Assembly (NCBI GenBank): GCA_951406725.2
Contig: OX597816.1
Location: forward strand, 180,792,001-180,856,000
Direction of reading: 5' to 3'
DNA: 64,000 bases
Origin: Octopus vulgaris
Taxonomy: Eukaryota
Program-made: the position numbers and the translations under genes
In this document: one piece after another, positions 1 to 11,190 of the stretch
How the letters are laid out: each line of letters opens with the position of its first letter
Numbering within the stretch: the first letter of the stretch is position 1
The notes under the pieces: model-generated
The model's database searches: none
What the model was told of the DNA's origin: nothing
What the model saw: the letters and a program-made list of their open reading frames with translations, nothing else

Positions 1-568
1 TGATGATGATGATGATGGTATAATGATAATGATAGTGCTGATGATGAACAGTAACAACAACAACTACAGCAACAATAACAATATCAAAAACCTGTTCCAG
101 CGCCACCACCTATACAGTAGATACTACTGACTCAACAAAGGAGCCTCTACAGGTTTGATTGAACAGCTAGAAACAGCAGCCTAATCTCCACAAATCACAC
201 TTCTTTGCTGTTATTAAGAGAAGTCACATTTGATAATGTAGTCCTAGATACACAACAGCTGAAACTAAATGGAATCGTCAGCTATTGTCGTTGTTATTCT
301 TTTAGTTCTAGGTTAAGTCAGATTTACGAGATTGGATTATTTAAATTGTGCCTCTCCTTGTTGATTGGCCTAGGTTAGCCTTAACAGTACAGACCTACGA
401 TCAAGGCCAATCCAATCATGACCATCCTATTTCTTTTAAGTGACTCTGGGTCTACATTATCTGATGTATCCTTTGATTATTTAAAATGGAAAGGTGTGAT
501 CTGAGGAGGATTATACTGCTATTTTTAGCTGGTTAAGCTCCCTTATGATGGTGCTCCTTTTGTTTTGT

Positions 569-601
<33 letters not shown>

Positions 602-1304
602 TTGGTGAATATTGCTGGCAGTTTGGTTGTTTAGTCCCAGATCAGTCATCACCAATCTATCACCAAGATTAACGATATACCAGTTATGTCATATATTCAG
701 ATTTTATGTAACTAAAACTACATTAGCCGATGTGTCCTTCTTTGGAGTCACTAGGATATAATTTGAAGGGAATTTAGCTGTTACTTCTTGTAGGAAGTTT
801 TGGCACTTCATTGAATAGAGTAGTATAATAGGGTAAACAAGAAGTTCCTGGACATATAATGGATTACAGATGAGTTCTCCACCATCAATTCACCGCAGAG
901 AAAGTTCACAGCAAGGAAAGTTTACTGAGAAAATATTTCCATAGCAACTCACTATTAATGGTTAAAAACTATTTTATTGAAGAAAAAAAAAAGGTGAATT
1001 GATGATGGTAAACTTTCCGTGCAATGAATCGATGACAGTGGATTTACCTGATATGCATATAATGGCCAGTGTGAAATGGCAGTGCAGCAGAGTATGACAC
1101 AAAGTGTAGGGAAGTGTGACACACAGTATGGTGTTACACAATACAATGTAGTGTGACACTGCAAAGTGTATTGTCACATAGTATTGTGTAAAGCAGTGTT
1201 ATGAAATGAAGTATCAGAAAAGTGTATGAATGAGTATGTATTTATTACAATGTAATGTAGCACACATGGTGATATAGTTTAATGTAGTTCTGATTCTGAC
1301 AAGT

Positions 1305-1448
1305 GAAGGTGCATGGCTCAGTGGTTAGAGCATTGGGCTCACAATCATGAGGTAGTGAGTTCAATCCCCAAACCAGGCTGTGTGTTGTGTTCTTGAGCAA
1401 GACACTTTATTTCACATTGCTCCAGTTCACTCATCTGTATAAATGAGC
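1305..1448 (+). mobile_element. tRNA-derived SINE, 5' part (same family as 48310-48651)
   Basis: A-box TGGCTCAGTGG, B-box GAGTTCAATCC, followed by gtgttgtgttcttgagcaagacacttt shared with the copy at 48310. Confidence 0.8.
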
Positions 1449-1877
1449 TCCAGCATTATTTCTGTTAATCATCTCAGAACATAATTAGGGAGGAAATGAT
1501 GCTTAGCCTTTAGCCTCACAGCTTGCCACCTTGGACCAATTTAGGTTTCAAATTTTAGCATGAGGCCAGCAAGTTCAGGGAGGGTTAGATCAATTACAAC
1601 ATCAATTCCAGCGCTCAACCGGTACTTATTTTATTGACCCTGAAAGAATGAGAGGTAAAGTGGGCCTCTGCAGAATTTGAACTCAGAACGATGGAAGAAA
1701 TGCCACAAAGCATTTTGCCCAGCCTACTAACGATTCAGCTGGTTCACTGCCTTATATTTACACCAATATTCGCGACAGTTTTCTGTCCCTCTCTTTACTA
1801 ATAACAAAATAACAGTTTGAATCCAGCATTAGCTTCTTGTAAGCCGAGCATTAGCATGGGTAGAGGCAAGACACTAG

Positions 1878-2290
1878 GCACAGGCATGACTGTGTTGTAA
1901 GAAGTTTGCTTTCTAACCAAATGGTTCTGGGTTTAGTTCCACTATGTGACACCTTGGGCAAGTTTCTTCTAATAGATTCCTAGGCCAACCAATGACTTCT
2001 GAGTAGATTTGGTAGATAGAATCTGAAAGTAGTCCATTATGTGTTTGTATGTGTGTATGTATATCACCATCATCCTTTAACATCAATTTTCCATGCTGGC
2101 ATGGGTTGGAAAGTTTGACCAGAGCTGGCAAGCAGAAGAGCTGCAGTTGGTTTGAGTCTGATTTGGCTTGGTTTCTATAGCTGGATGCCCTTCCTAATAC
2201 CAACCACTTTACAGAGCATGCCAGGAGCTTTTTACATGGCACCAGCACTGGTGCTTTTACATGGAACAAGCATACACTTCAGCACAGGGA
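1878..2290 (+). mobile_element. SINE of the 'ggcatggctgtgtggtaagaag' family followed by an antisense RTE-3'-end-like repeat
   Basis: Matches copies at 19798, 22505, 27021, 34261, 44108 and 50752. Confidence 0.75.
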
Positions 2291-2376
2291 GCAGCATCAA
2301 CAATTCTGCTGTGGAATATGGGTCTTGTGTGGAAAGGTGGTCCTTATCACTCTCTTCTGCTTAATGATATATATAT

Positions 2377-3164
2377 ATTACATGGAAAAATGCGAGCAAG
2401 AGAATTGATATTCTTATGATTATAAACCTGAAAAAAAAAAACAGGACAACTTATTACATCTTGTAAAGTACAGAACAAGAAAGATTTTTACTTAAAATAT
2501 TGCAGTTAAGGATAAAATTTCAAATAAAATATTTAGATTTAGAAAATATTGGCTTTTATTAAAACTAAAAATTTTATTACAAGTTATTTGCACTTTAAAA
2601 AAATTAATTTTTAAAAAAATTATTAATTAATAATTAGAAATTTGAATATAGGTTATAAGAAATAATAGTAGTATATATATTTAGTTAGTACAATAAATAA
2701 AATAATACAAACATTAGTTATATATTACAATAAAATCTACATATAACAACAAATTCACAGAAAAATTTGCTTGAGTTCTTGCCTAAAATATTGCCAAGTC
2801 TTCACATTTTTAGTCTTGACCCAATGCCTATTTTTTACATAATGAATTTGCCTACCATATATACTATTCTACTTTGCAATAAAACTTTAGCTATATTGGT
2901 ACTTCTGGCTCTCATTTTTAAGTATTCTAGTGTGTCAATATTTTAGCAAAATGATAGTACCTATTTTAATTATAATGTTACTTTTTATTATTCAAATTTT
3001 ATCCTTAGCTGCAATGTTTTAAGTAAAAATTTTCTTGTTCTGTACTTTACCAGATGTAATAACTTGTCCTGAACTTTTCCAAGCGTAATAACTTGTCCTG
3101 TACTTTTTTCCAGGTTTATAATCTTAAGAATATTATTTCTCTTGCTCGCATTTTTCCATGTAAT
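2377..3164. mobile_element. Non-autonomous foldback/MITE-like element with ~150-bp terminal inverted repeats
   Basis: ATTACATGGAAAAATGCGAGCAAGAGAA at 2377 is the reverse complement of TTCTCTTGCTCGCATTTTTCCATGTAAT ending at 3164; complementarity continues ~150 bp; AT-rich non-coding interior. Confidence 0.8.
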
Positions 3165-3883
3165 CCATGTTTTTTCCAGGCTATGCTATTATGCTAATGG
3201 TGTCGTTGATAATTTTCCCCTTACCTTATTGATGCCGTTGACATATATTAAAAGTCCTCTTATAGAACTATATTCATAAAAAAATATAGAACTATACTAT
3301 CACCCTCAAATTTGGGAAAGAAACGCTCATAACTTTTTCTTTTAAAACTTCATTGCAAGAGATTGATACCATGAAATTCCTTGAATTGAGCTCTATCATT
3401 TAAGCTTAATAAAAATATAGCTTGTTTTTAAAATAAAAAAGTTAATTATACTTGAATCCAATTTTTTGCCTAACTTATATTTTTTTTCATGATATTTTAC
3501 CTCATAACTTTTTTGATACAAATTCTTGTTGCATAGGAACAAAACTATGAAATTCTTCATGCTTTCTTCTATCATTGAAGCTAAGATAAATATATTTTGC
3601 TTTTAAAATAAAAAAGTTATTTAGGTCTAAACTTGATTGGAGGAGTTACTTTCTCTCCTATAACGTTGCTATTAATTTTGATGTAAACTTTTTTCTACTG
3701 GATCAAATCTCAATTTTTTAATGCCAAAATGTAGCTAGGGGGCCAGTCCTCTTCAAAACTGTTAACAGTTTTCAATTTGGTTAAGAACTGAATTAGTGAC
3801 AAAGCTCTGAAGTATGCTGCATGTGAGTAATTGCAGCCTTAAGAATATTATTCAACTACTAGCGTAGTTGGAAAAATGGGATT
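3162..3883. mobile_element. Non-autonomous DNA element with repeated palindromic modules
   Basis: Two related modules CATAACTTTT...AAAAGTTA (~3325-3450, ~3500-3625); degenerate end-to-end complementarity (aatccatgttttttccaggctatgcta / tagcgtagttggaaaaatgggatt). Confidence 0.55.
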
Positions 3884-4007
3884 AAAAAATCCCAGCAGAT
3901 ATCAATTTGGATTACCTTGATAATGTTGTGTTAACATATATTTTCAAAGATATTATTATTAATCTTAATAATATTGTTTATATGTATGTGCATATATATA
4001 TATATAT

Positions 4008-4446
4008 ACAAAATTCAGTAGGGTATTAAAATACCACTTGTTATGAACTGATCTATCACTCTAAAGCCATGGATTACTCACTATTATCATGCACATGGTG
4101 AATGCAACAAGCATAACTGAAATAGACTTACCTTATATAAGTACAGTGTAATGTGAGGAATATTTCAGAAATAGTTGTTGTTACATTAAGTCCGGCTGAT
4201 GAGCTTAAGTATGTTTTTCGTACAGAAAGCGAGATCAATTGATCCTGGAATATACACATTCCTTACTTCTCTAGTTCATACAAGATAAGCCTTTTTCTGT
4301 TATGTTTGTGGCATCCACTGTGTGTATTATAAAAGAGAGTAATTCGTAGTTTAGAGTGATAGCTCTGTTTATAGCAAATGGTTTTTTTAATACCTTACTG
4401 AATTTTGTTTATATTTTACCTATAAAGGTGTAAACTTACTAGCCAC
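4008..4446 (+). mobile_element. Penelope-like element terminal-repeat (pLTR) remnant in inverted arrangement
   Basis: ~160-bp imperfect inverted arms (4008-~4170 and 4245-4408) around a hammerhead core; flanked by (TA)n and (TTA)n. Confidence 0.6.
4191..4249 (+). ncRNA. Minimal type-I hammerhead ribozyme, one core mutation
   Basis: Stem I TCCGG/CTGGA, CTGATGA, stem II GCTT..GTATG-ttttt-CGTAC..AAGC, GAGA (for GAAA), palindromic stem III TCAATTGA, cleavage dinucleotide TC. Confidence 0.7.
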
Positions 4447-4569
4447 TTTATTATTATCATCATTATTATTATTGATAATGGTAATGATACCTATTTAACT
4501 TTATATATATATACATATATATGTGTGTGTGAGTGAGAGAGAGAGAGAGTGTGTACACACATAGAAAGT

Positions 4570-7500
4570 CTAGCTCCAAAAAAGCCTCATGACTGTAGCA
4601 AAGAAGCATGACCACCAGCCAGCCCAAAGGTTGGGGTGGGCTGCATCTGCCTACCTCAAAAAGGAAAGTGCAAACCCTCATTTTGGGTCTCACAAGCATG
4701 ACTTGCCTTATAATGGCCAACGGCCTAAGGATAAGCTTGGGGTGAGGTTGGAAAGTTGGAATATGGGCAGTCTGTGTGGAATGGGAACTGAGGTGTGTGA
4801 GGAATTGAGGAAGAGAAGGGTGGATGTGTGCTGTGTGGAGGGGCCAGGGTGCAAGATTTGTGAGGGTCAAGGGAAGAAGGTACAAGTTGTGGTTGTGAGG
4901 TAGTGGAGGTGAGGGAATTTTGGTGAAGGAAGAAATTTATGAGAAGGTAGTGGAGGTCAAGAGAAAGAGTGACAAAATAATGAGTAGTATTAGCATTTGA
5001 GGAAGAAGTGGAAAAGGAATCGTAGAGATGGAGCTGTTCTTTGATGAAATGGCAAGTAGGATAGATGAATTGGTTTTGGGTTTGGGTGATTTTAATGGAC
5101 ATGTTGGGAAATGGATCCAGGGCTTTGAGGGTGTACAGGGGGGAAATGGAATTGGGGAGAGAAATTTGGATGGAAGGATGCTGTTGGAGTTTTCTGATGA
5201 GAAAGAGTTGTGTATGGTGAATACATAGTTTAGGAAAATGGAGAAAAGGAAGGTGACTTTCAGTGCAGGAGGGAATGAGAGAGAGATTGATTCCATGTTG
5301 GTTGGCATGAAAAACAGAAAGTATCTGAGAGATGTGAAGACAATACCAGGGGAGTCGCAGCACAGGTTGGTGGTTGCTGACTTGGATAAGAGGAAAGTTA
5401 AAAAGTGTGTGAGAAAGGTTGAGAGGAGAAAGGTGTGGAGAGTGAAGGAAGAAGAAACAAGAGCAAGGTTTGAGGAGAGAGTTGGGGAGTTGGTAAGGGT
5501 TGATTCACCAGATTTGTGGAAGTCTTTTAAAGAAGGGGTGCTAAAGGCATGTGATGAAGTGTGTGGAAGGACGGAGGGTAGGAGAGGTTGAGGAGGAGAT
5601 GCATGGTGGTGGAATGAGGAGGTGAGGGATGCGATAACGAGAAAGAAGGAGGCATACAAAGCTTCATGTAATAATAGAACTGAGCAAATGAAAGCCAGGT
5701 ATAATAAGATGGAGAATCGTGCAAAGAGGGTGGTTGCGAGATCTAAGAGGAAGGATGGATGAGAAGCCACATAGAGAGTTTAGCTTTATGAAATCAATGA
5801 AGAAAGATGGAAGAGATGTTGAAGGAGGATGATGGAAGGTTGAATGTTGGTGAGAAGGACAGGGTAAGAGTTTGGAAAGAGCATATGGAGGGAATTATGA
5901 ATGAGGAGAATGAATGGAATCAGAGAGTGGAAGCTGTTGTAGTGAAGGGGCCAGTGGAGAGGGTTAGTCGGGAAGAAGTAGTTAAGACAATGAAGGAAAT
6001 GAAAACAGGAAAGGGCAGCTGGTCCATCAGAAGTAAGTGTGGATGTGATAACTGCAAGTGGAGAGAGAGGGATTGTTGTGATGGTGGAGCTCTGCCAGGG
6101 TGTGCTGGGTGGGGGAGGAATGCCAGATGATTGGGCACTAAGTGTGGTGGTACAGATCTTCAAGGGAAAGGGGGATGCAATGAGTTGTGGGGCATATAGG
6201 GGAGTGAAGTTATTGGAGCATGCAATGAAGATTGTGGAAAGGATGTTGGAGAAGAGAATTCAGAAAACAGTAGAGGTGGACGAGATGCAATTTGGTTTTA
6301 TGCCAGGAAAGGGTACAAGAGATGCAGGGTTCATTGTTAGGAGATTGCAAGAGGAACACCGAGATAAGGAGAAGTTGTACATGTGCTTCGTTGATCTGGA
6401 GAAGGCATTTGATAGGGTTCCAAGGAAGGTAATTGATTGGGCATTGAGGAAGAGTTTGTATGAAGGGGTAGAGTGATGAGTTTGTATGAAGGGGTAAAGA
6501 CAAAAGTTAGAGTTGGATCAGAGCTGTGGGAGGAGTTTGCGGTGAAAGTTTGTGTGCATCAGGGATCTGTGTTGTCACTGTCGTTGTTTGCAACAGTGGT
6601 TGATGTGGTGACAGAGAGTGCAAGAGAGGGATTGATGGTGGAGATACTGTTTGTGGATGACCTTGTTCTGATGAGTGAGATGATGGAGGGATTGAGGGAT
6701 AGGTTTTAGAAATGGAAGGAGGCGTTTGAAAGCAAGGGTTTGAAGGTAAACCTCGGGAAGACAAAGGTGATGGTGAGTGGGGTGGAAGGAGAAGTGTTAG
6801 TGAGTAAGGTGGATCCATGTGCCATGTGTGGAAGTGGGGTAATGGAAAAGGCAGTGTTGTGTACGAAATGTGGGGAATGGATTCATGGTAGATGTACAAA
6901 AATGAAAAAGGTGATCCCAAAACTGGCGAGAGATTTTATTTGGGGAAGATAGGAGAACCAGTGGAAACGCTATGTGAAGAGATGGAACAGTGGGAGGATT
7001 TTGTTATTTGGGAGATAGGGTGGATGTGAAGCAGTTGTGACAGCAAGAGCGAGACTTGGCTGGGTGAAGTTCAGGGAATATGGAGCACTATTATATGGGA
7101 AAAGGTTCTCCTTGAAAATGAAAGGAAGGGTTTATGGGAGTTGTGTGAGATCTGCAATGCTGTATGAGAGTGAGACATGGTGTCTGAGGGAGAGAGAGAG
7201 ATGGCAATGGTGAGAGTGATGTGTGAAACTATTGGATAAAAGGAGGGTTGAGGACTTGATGGGGATGCTGGAGTTGGAGGAATTGGTGGAACAGCTGGCA
7301 AGGGTGAATGGAGTGCAGTGGTTTGGACATGTGTTGAGGAGAGATGAGGATCAGGTTTTGAGGAGAGTGCTTGAGTTTAAAGTAAATAAGTCATGAAAGC
7401 AAGGTCGACCAAAGAAAACATGGAGGAGACAGATAGAGGAGGAGATTGGGAGGGTTATTTTGAGGAGGGAGTCCACCCAAAACCAGGTGAGATGGCAAGA

Positions 7501-7587
7501 TGGTGTGAGAATGGTTGCTGTAAGAGTGAGGTAGAGACATCCACCCTCATTAACGGTGACAAACCTGGATTTAAAATATTTAACTGA
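4570..7587 (+). mobile_element. Decayed near-full-length RTE-clade non-LTR retrotransposon (APE endonuclease + RT + PHD-like finger)
   Basis: Broken ORFs give SWNMGSL, LGDFNGHVG, IDSMLV, SQHRLVV (APE); YRGVKLLEHAMK, QFGFMPGKGT, FVDLEKAFDRVPR, VHQGSVLS, LFVDDLVL, KVNLGKTKVM (RT); WFGHVLRR near the end; many stops and frameshifts. Confidence 0.93.
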
Positions 7588-7589
7588 GG

Positions 7590-7890
7590 ACTGGTAAACC
7601 AGATGGCTGCGCCAGGTTCCAATCTGATCTGGCAGAGTTTCTACAGCCAACCACTCCGAGAATGTAGTGGGTGCTTTTACGTGCCACCGGTATGAGGGCC
7701 AGTCAGGCGGTACTGGCAACGGCAATGTTCAACTGGTGTTTTTTACATACCACCTGCACAGGAGCCAGTCCAGCAGCACTGGCAACGACCTCGCTCAAAT
7801 GTTTTTCACGTGTCACCAGCATAAGTGCCAGTACGGTGACACTGGTAATGATCACGCTCGAATGGTGCCTTTAATGTGCCACCGGCACAC
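7590..7890 (-). repeat. RTE-type 3' UTR fragment with ~61-bp tandem units
   Basis: Units ttttacgtgccaccggcac..gccagtc..ggcaac shared with 9265-9420 and 12085-12295. Confidence 0.75.
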
Positions 7891-7903
7891 ACACACACAC
7901 ACC

Positions 7904-7970
<67 letters not shown>

Positions 7971-8109
7971 ATGTATGTATGTATGTATGTATGTATATGT
8001 ATATATATAACTATACATGTGTGTGTGTATGTTAATGCAATTGAAACAATTGTTGGATCTTTAAGATGTGATCTAAAATAGAGATAAAATTTTCTTTGTA
8101 CATATTATA

Positions 8110-8172
<63 letters not shown>

Positions 8173-9094
8173 ATATATATATATATACATATATATAATA
8201 TGTATAACACATTGTGTTTGTGTCTTCTTATCCTGACATCATGCGGTAGCTGAAAATGGTTGTTACTGTCACAAGCAGTGTTGTTTATTTCCAATATATT
8301 CTACAAGAACATGTTTGGCCAAGGAGAAATATTACCATCCAGCTGCAGAAAAATTACTTCTATAAACTCCATTCAACCCATGCAAGCAAAGAGAAGTGAG
8401 CATCAAAATAATGAAAAACTTGAAAACAATCAAAACTTTATTAAATATGATATTATTCACCTCCTTTTCAATCCTCACAGTCCCATCCCAGTTATCCAGG
8501 TCCCTAATCTATGAGAGGTACAGATCTAATGTATATTGTAGCGTAGGGTCAAGTGTACAGGAATGCATTAAGGTGTGTAATGTCATACAGTGTTGTTCAT
8601 GTTCCAGTTGAGTTAATTTTTCCTTATGAAAAGGCAACCCTCACCAATGATGATGCTACAATGAAATCCACCCAGTACTCTCTTTAAAGGGGTCAGCAAA
8701 TGAGCAGGCACGATATAAGGCTAAGAAGACCCTTTTGCCTTGTCATGGAAATGATGTTACCTTTAGTATAGTATTTCAGTTATTGCCCACCTAGAAGAGT
8801 TAGTAGAACATTCTCCAGCCTTTCTACGAGGGTTGGAGAGCAGTCGTGTGTGTAAGACAGACTTTCATTTTCTGTCTACCACTTACAAGACTTTGGTTAG
8901 CCTGGGGCTAAAGCAGAAGACTCTTGCTCAAGGTGTCATGTTATGGGACTGAACATCCACTACTGAAAACCACCGGAACTTCTTAACCATACAACCATAT
9001 CTGTGCCTTATATATTTTTTTATTTTGTTTCAGTCATTAGACTCCAACCATGCTGGGGTACCACCCTGAAGAAGTTTTAGTTAAATGTGTCAGC

Positions 9095-9420
9095 ATCATC
9101 ATCATCATCATCATTGTTTAACGGTTGCTTTCCATGCTGGCATGGGTTAGATGCTTTGACTGAGGTCTGGCGAACCAGATGGCTGCACCAGACTCCAATC
9201 TGATCTGGCAGAGTTTCTACACTGGATGCCCTTCTTAATGCCAACCATTCCGAGAGTGTAGTGGGTGCTTTTATGTGCCAACGGCACGAGGGCCAGTCAG
9301 GCGGTACTGGCAATAGCCATGCTCAAATGGTGTTTTTTACGTGCCACCTGCACAGGAGCCAGTCCGGCGGCACTGGCAACAACCTCGCTTCGAATGTTTT
9401 TTCGCATGCCACCAGCGCAA
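9095..9420 (-). repeat. RTE-type 3' end fragment with (ATG)n tail, inserted in an antisense SINE (~8990-9680)
   Basis: (CAT)n, then tttccatgctggcatgggtt..., then the ~61-bp units; SINE sequence on both sides. Confidence 0.7.
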
Positions 9421-9514
9421 GTACTTATTCTATTGATCTTGATACTGAACCACTAAGTTACAGGAACATAAACACACCAGCGCCGGTTGTCAAGGATGGG
9501 TTGGGGGTGAACAG

Positions 9515-9546
<32 letters not shown>

Positions 9547-10925
9547 GTATACGTACAATAGGTGTCTTTCTACCAAATCCACTCATAAGCCTTTGGTCGT
9601 CCTGCTTCCACAGTGGAACTGTTCCCAGAACCCCGTGGTTGGGAAGCAAGCTTCTTACCACAGAGTCCTGCCTGTGCTCATGAATTTATACAACAAAATA
9701 GCAACATTCCAAACTTGCAGTATTTTTAAGACTAACACTTTTAACTTAGTTTACTCATCTAATAAGGGAAACATTACTTGGAGAGGAGTGTAGAGCAGTG
9801 AAGCTTCTTTTGCTGTTGTCATTGTTTTTGATGGTGGTGGTGGTGGTGGTGGTGGTGGCGTTTTATTTTTGTTTGTTTTTTGATGTTGCTAGCATTAAAG
9901 TGGTTGATGTGATGCCACTTGAGGCGCTTCCAGTCTCTTCTCTCCCTAAAAGACACACATTTAGCAACTCATTGGTCATTGGTTATTCACTGTTCTTATC
10001 ACATGAGAACATTCGTACATCCTGTAGATGTTGTTATTGTTGTTGTTGTTTTTATTTTTCTTGTTGTGGCAGCTGTTGCTATTGTTGTTGATGACGATTA
10101 TTAGTGACATTATTACTACCACCACCACCACCACCACTACTACTGCTGCCACTGCTGCTGTTACCACTAACACTAAAAAAGTTTGGTAAAACTACCTTTT
10201 TGAGTCAGACCGACTCATAGGGGCTGGTTTCCAAGTTTCATGGTGTATATATACCTCACCTGGATGGGATGCTGGTCTTTTGCAGGATTACTCGATTTTG
10301 TCAGCGGAGTGGACTGGAGCAACAAGAAATGAAATGTTTTGCTCAAAAACACAATGCATCCCCCAGTCCAAGAATTGAAACCACAATTTTAGAATCATGA
10401 GTCCAACACCCGAACTACTAAGCCATGAACCTCCACTACCACTAACACTGCTGCCACTGCCACCACCACGACTGCCACTGTTGATGCGCTCATCATCTTC
10501 ATCAACATAATCATCATCACAATCATTGTTGTCTTCATCATCATCACCACACAACCAACAACAACAACAATGATAATAATCTGCAACAATATTGGTTTCA
10601 AATTTTGGCACAACTGGTTCTTATTATTTTATTGACCCTGAAAGGATGAAAGGCAAAGCCAGCCTCATCAGAATTTGATTATCCACAATATCATTGATTA
10701 CTCTTCTTTGTACTGAAAGTGATATAAATAAACACCAATACAACACTGCTGTCTTGAATCTCTTCCATTCTACACATAAACAACACATATCTAACACTCT
10801 CTGCTCAAGAATAACACACAAATCAATATTTCTACATATGCTAGAACTCACAATCCTTTGTAATCCCTCATATGACATCATATATATATACATATCTATC
10901 TATATATACATACATACATGCATAG

Positions 10926-10960
<35 letters not shown>

Positions 10961-10967
10961 AGGTTTT

Positions 10968-11038
10968 GTCTTAATAACTGATGAGAAGCCAGAGCAGACT
11001 TCAGCCCCAGTATTCGAAACTCTGAGTTTTATTATGAC
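10968..11038 (+). ncRNA. Minimal type-I hammerhead ribozyme with intact core (PLE-type)
   Basis: Stem I GTCTTAATAA/TTATTATGAC (9 of 10 pairs), CTGATGA, stem II opened by GAA and closed by TTC, GAAA, stem III CTC-T-GAG, cleavage triplet GTT. Confidence 0.75.
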
Positions 11039-11123
11039 AACCACTAATTGTTACCTATTATATTTATAGATAAATTCCTTTATTTTGCATAATATCAAGG
11101 TCTCCTTCATTCTTTTGCTGCCA

Positions 11124-11163
<40 letters not shown>

Positions 11164-11190
11164 ACACACACACTCACATAAATATATATA

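Noticed and set aside
1305-1380. tRNA gene-like A/B boxes (also 20463 and 48310)
   Set aside because: They continue into SINE bodies, two with TSDs; no complete cloverleaf.
4725-7725. Several long - strand ORFs (up to 277 aa)
   Set aside because: Antisense shadows of the purine-rich RTE LINE.
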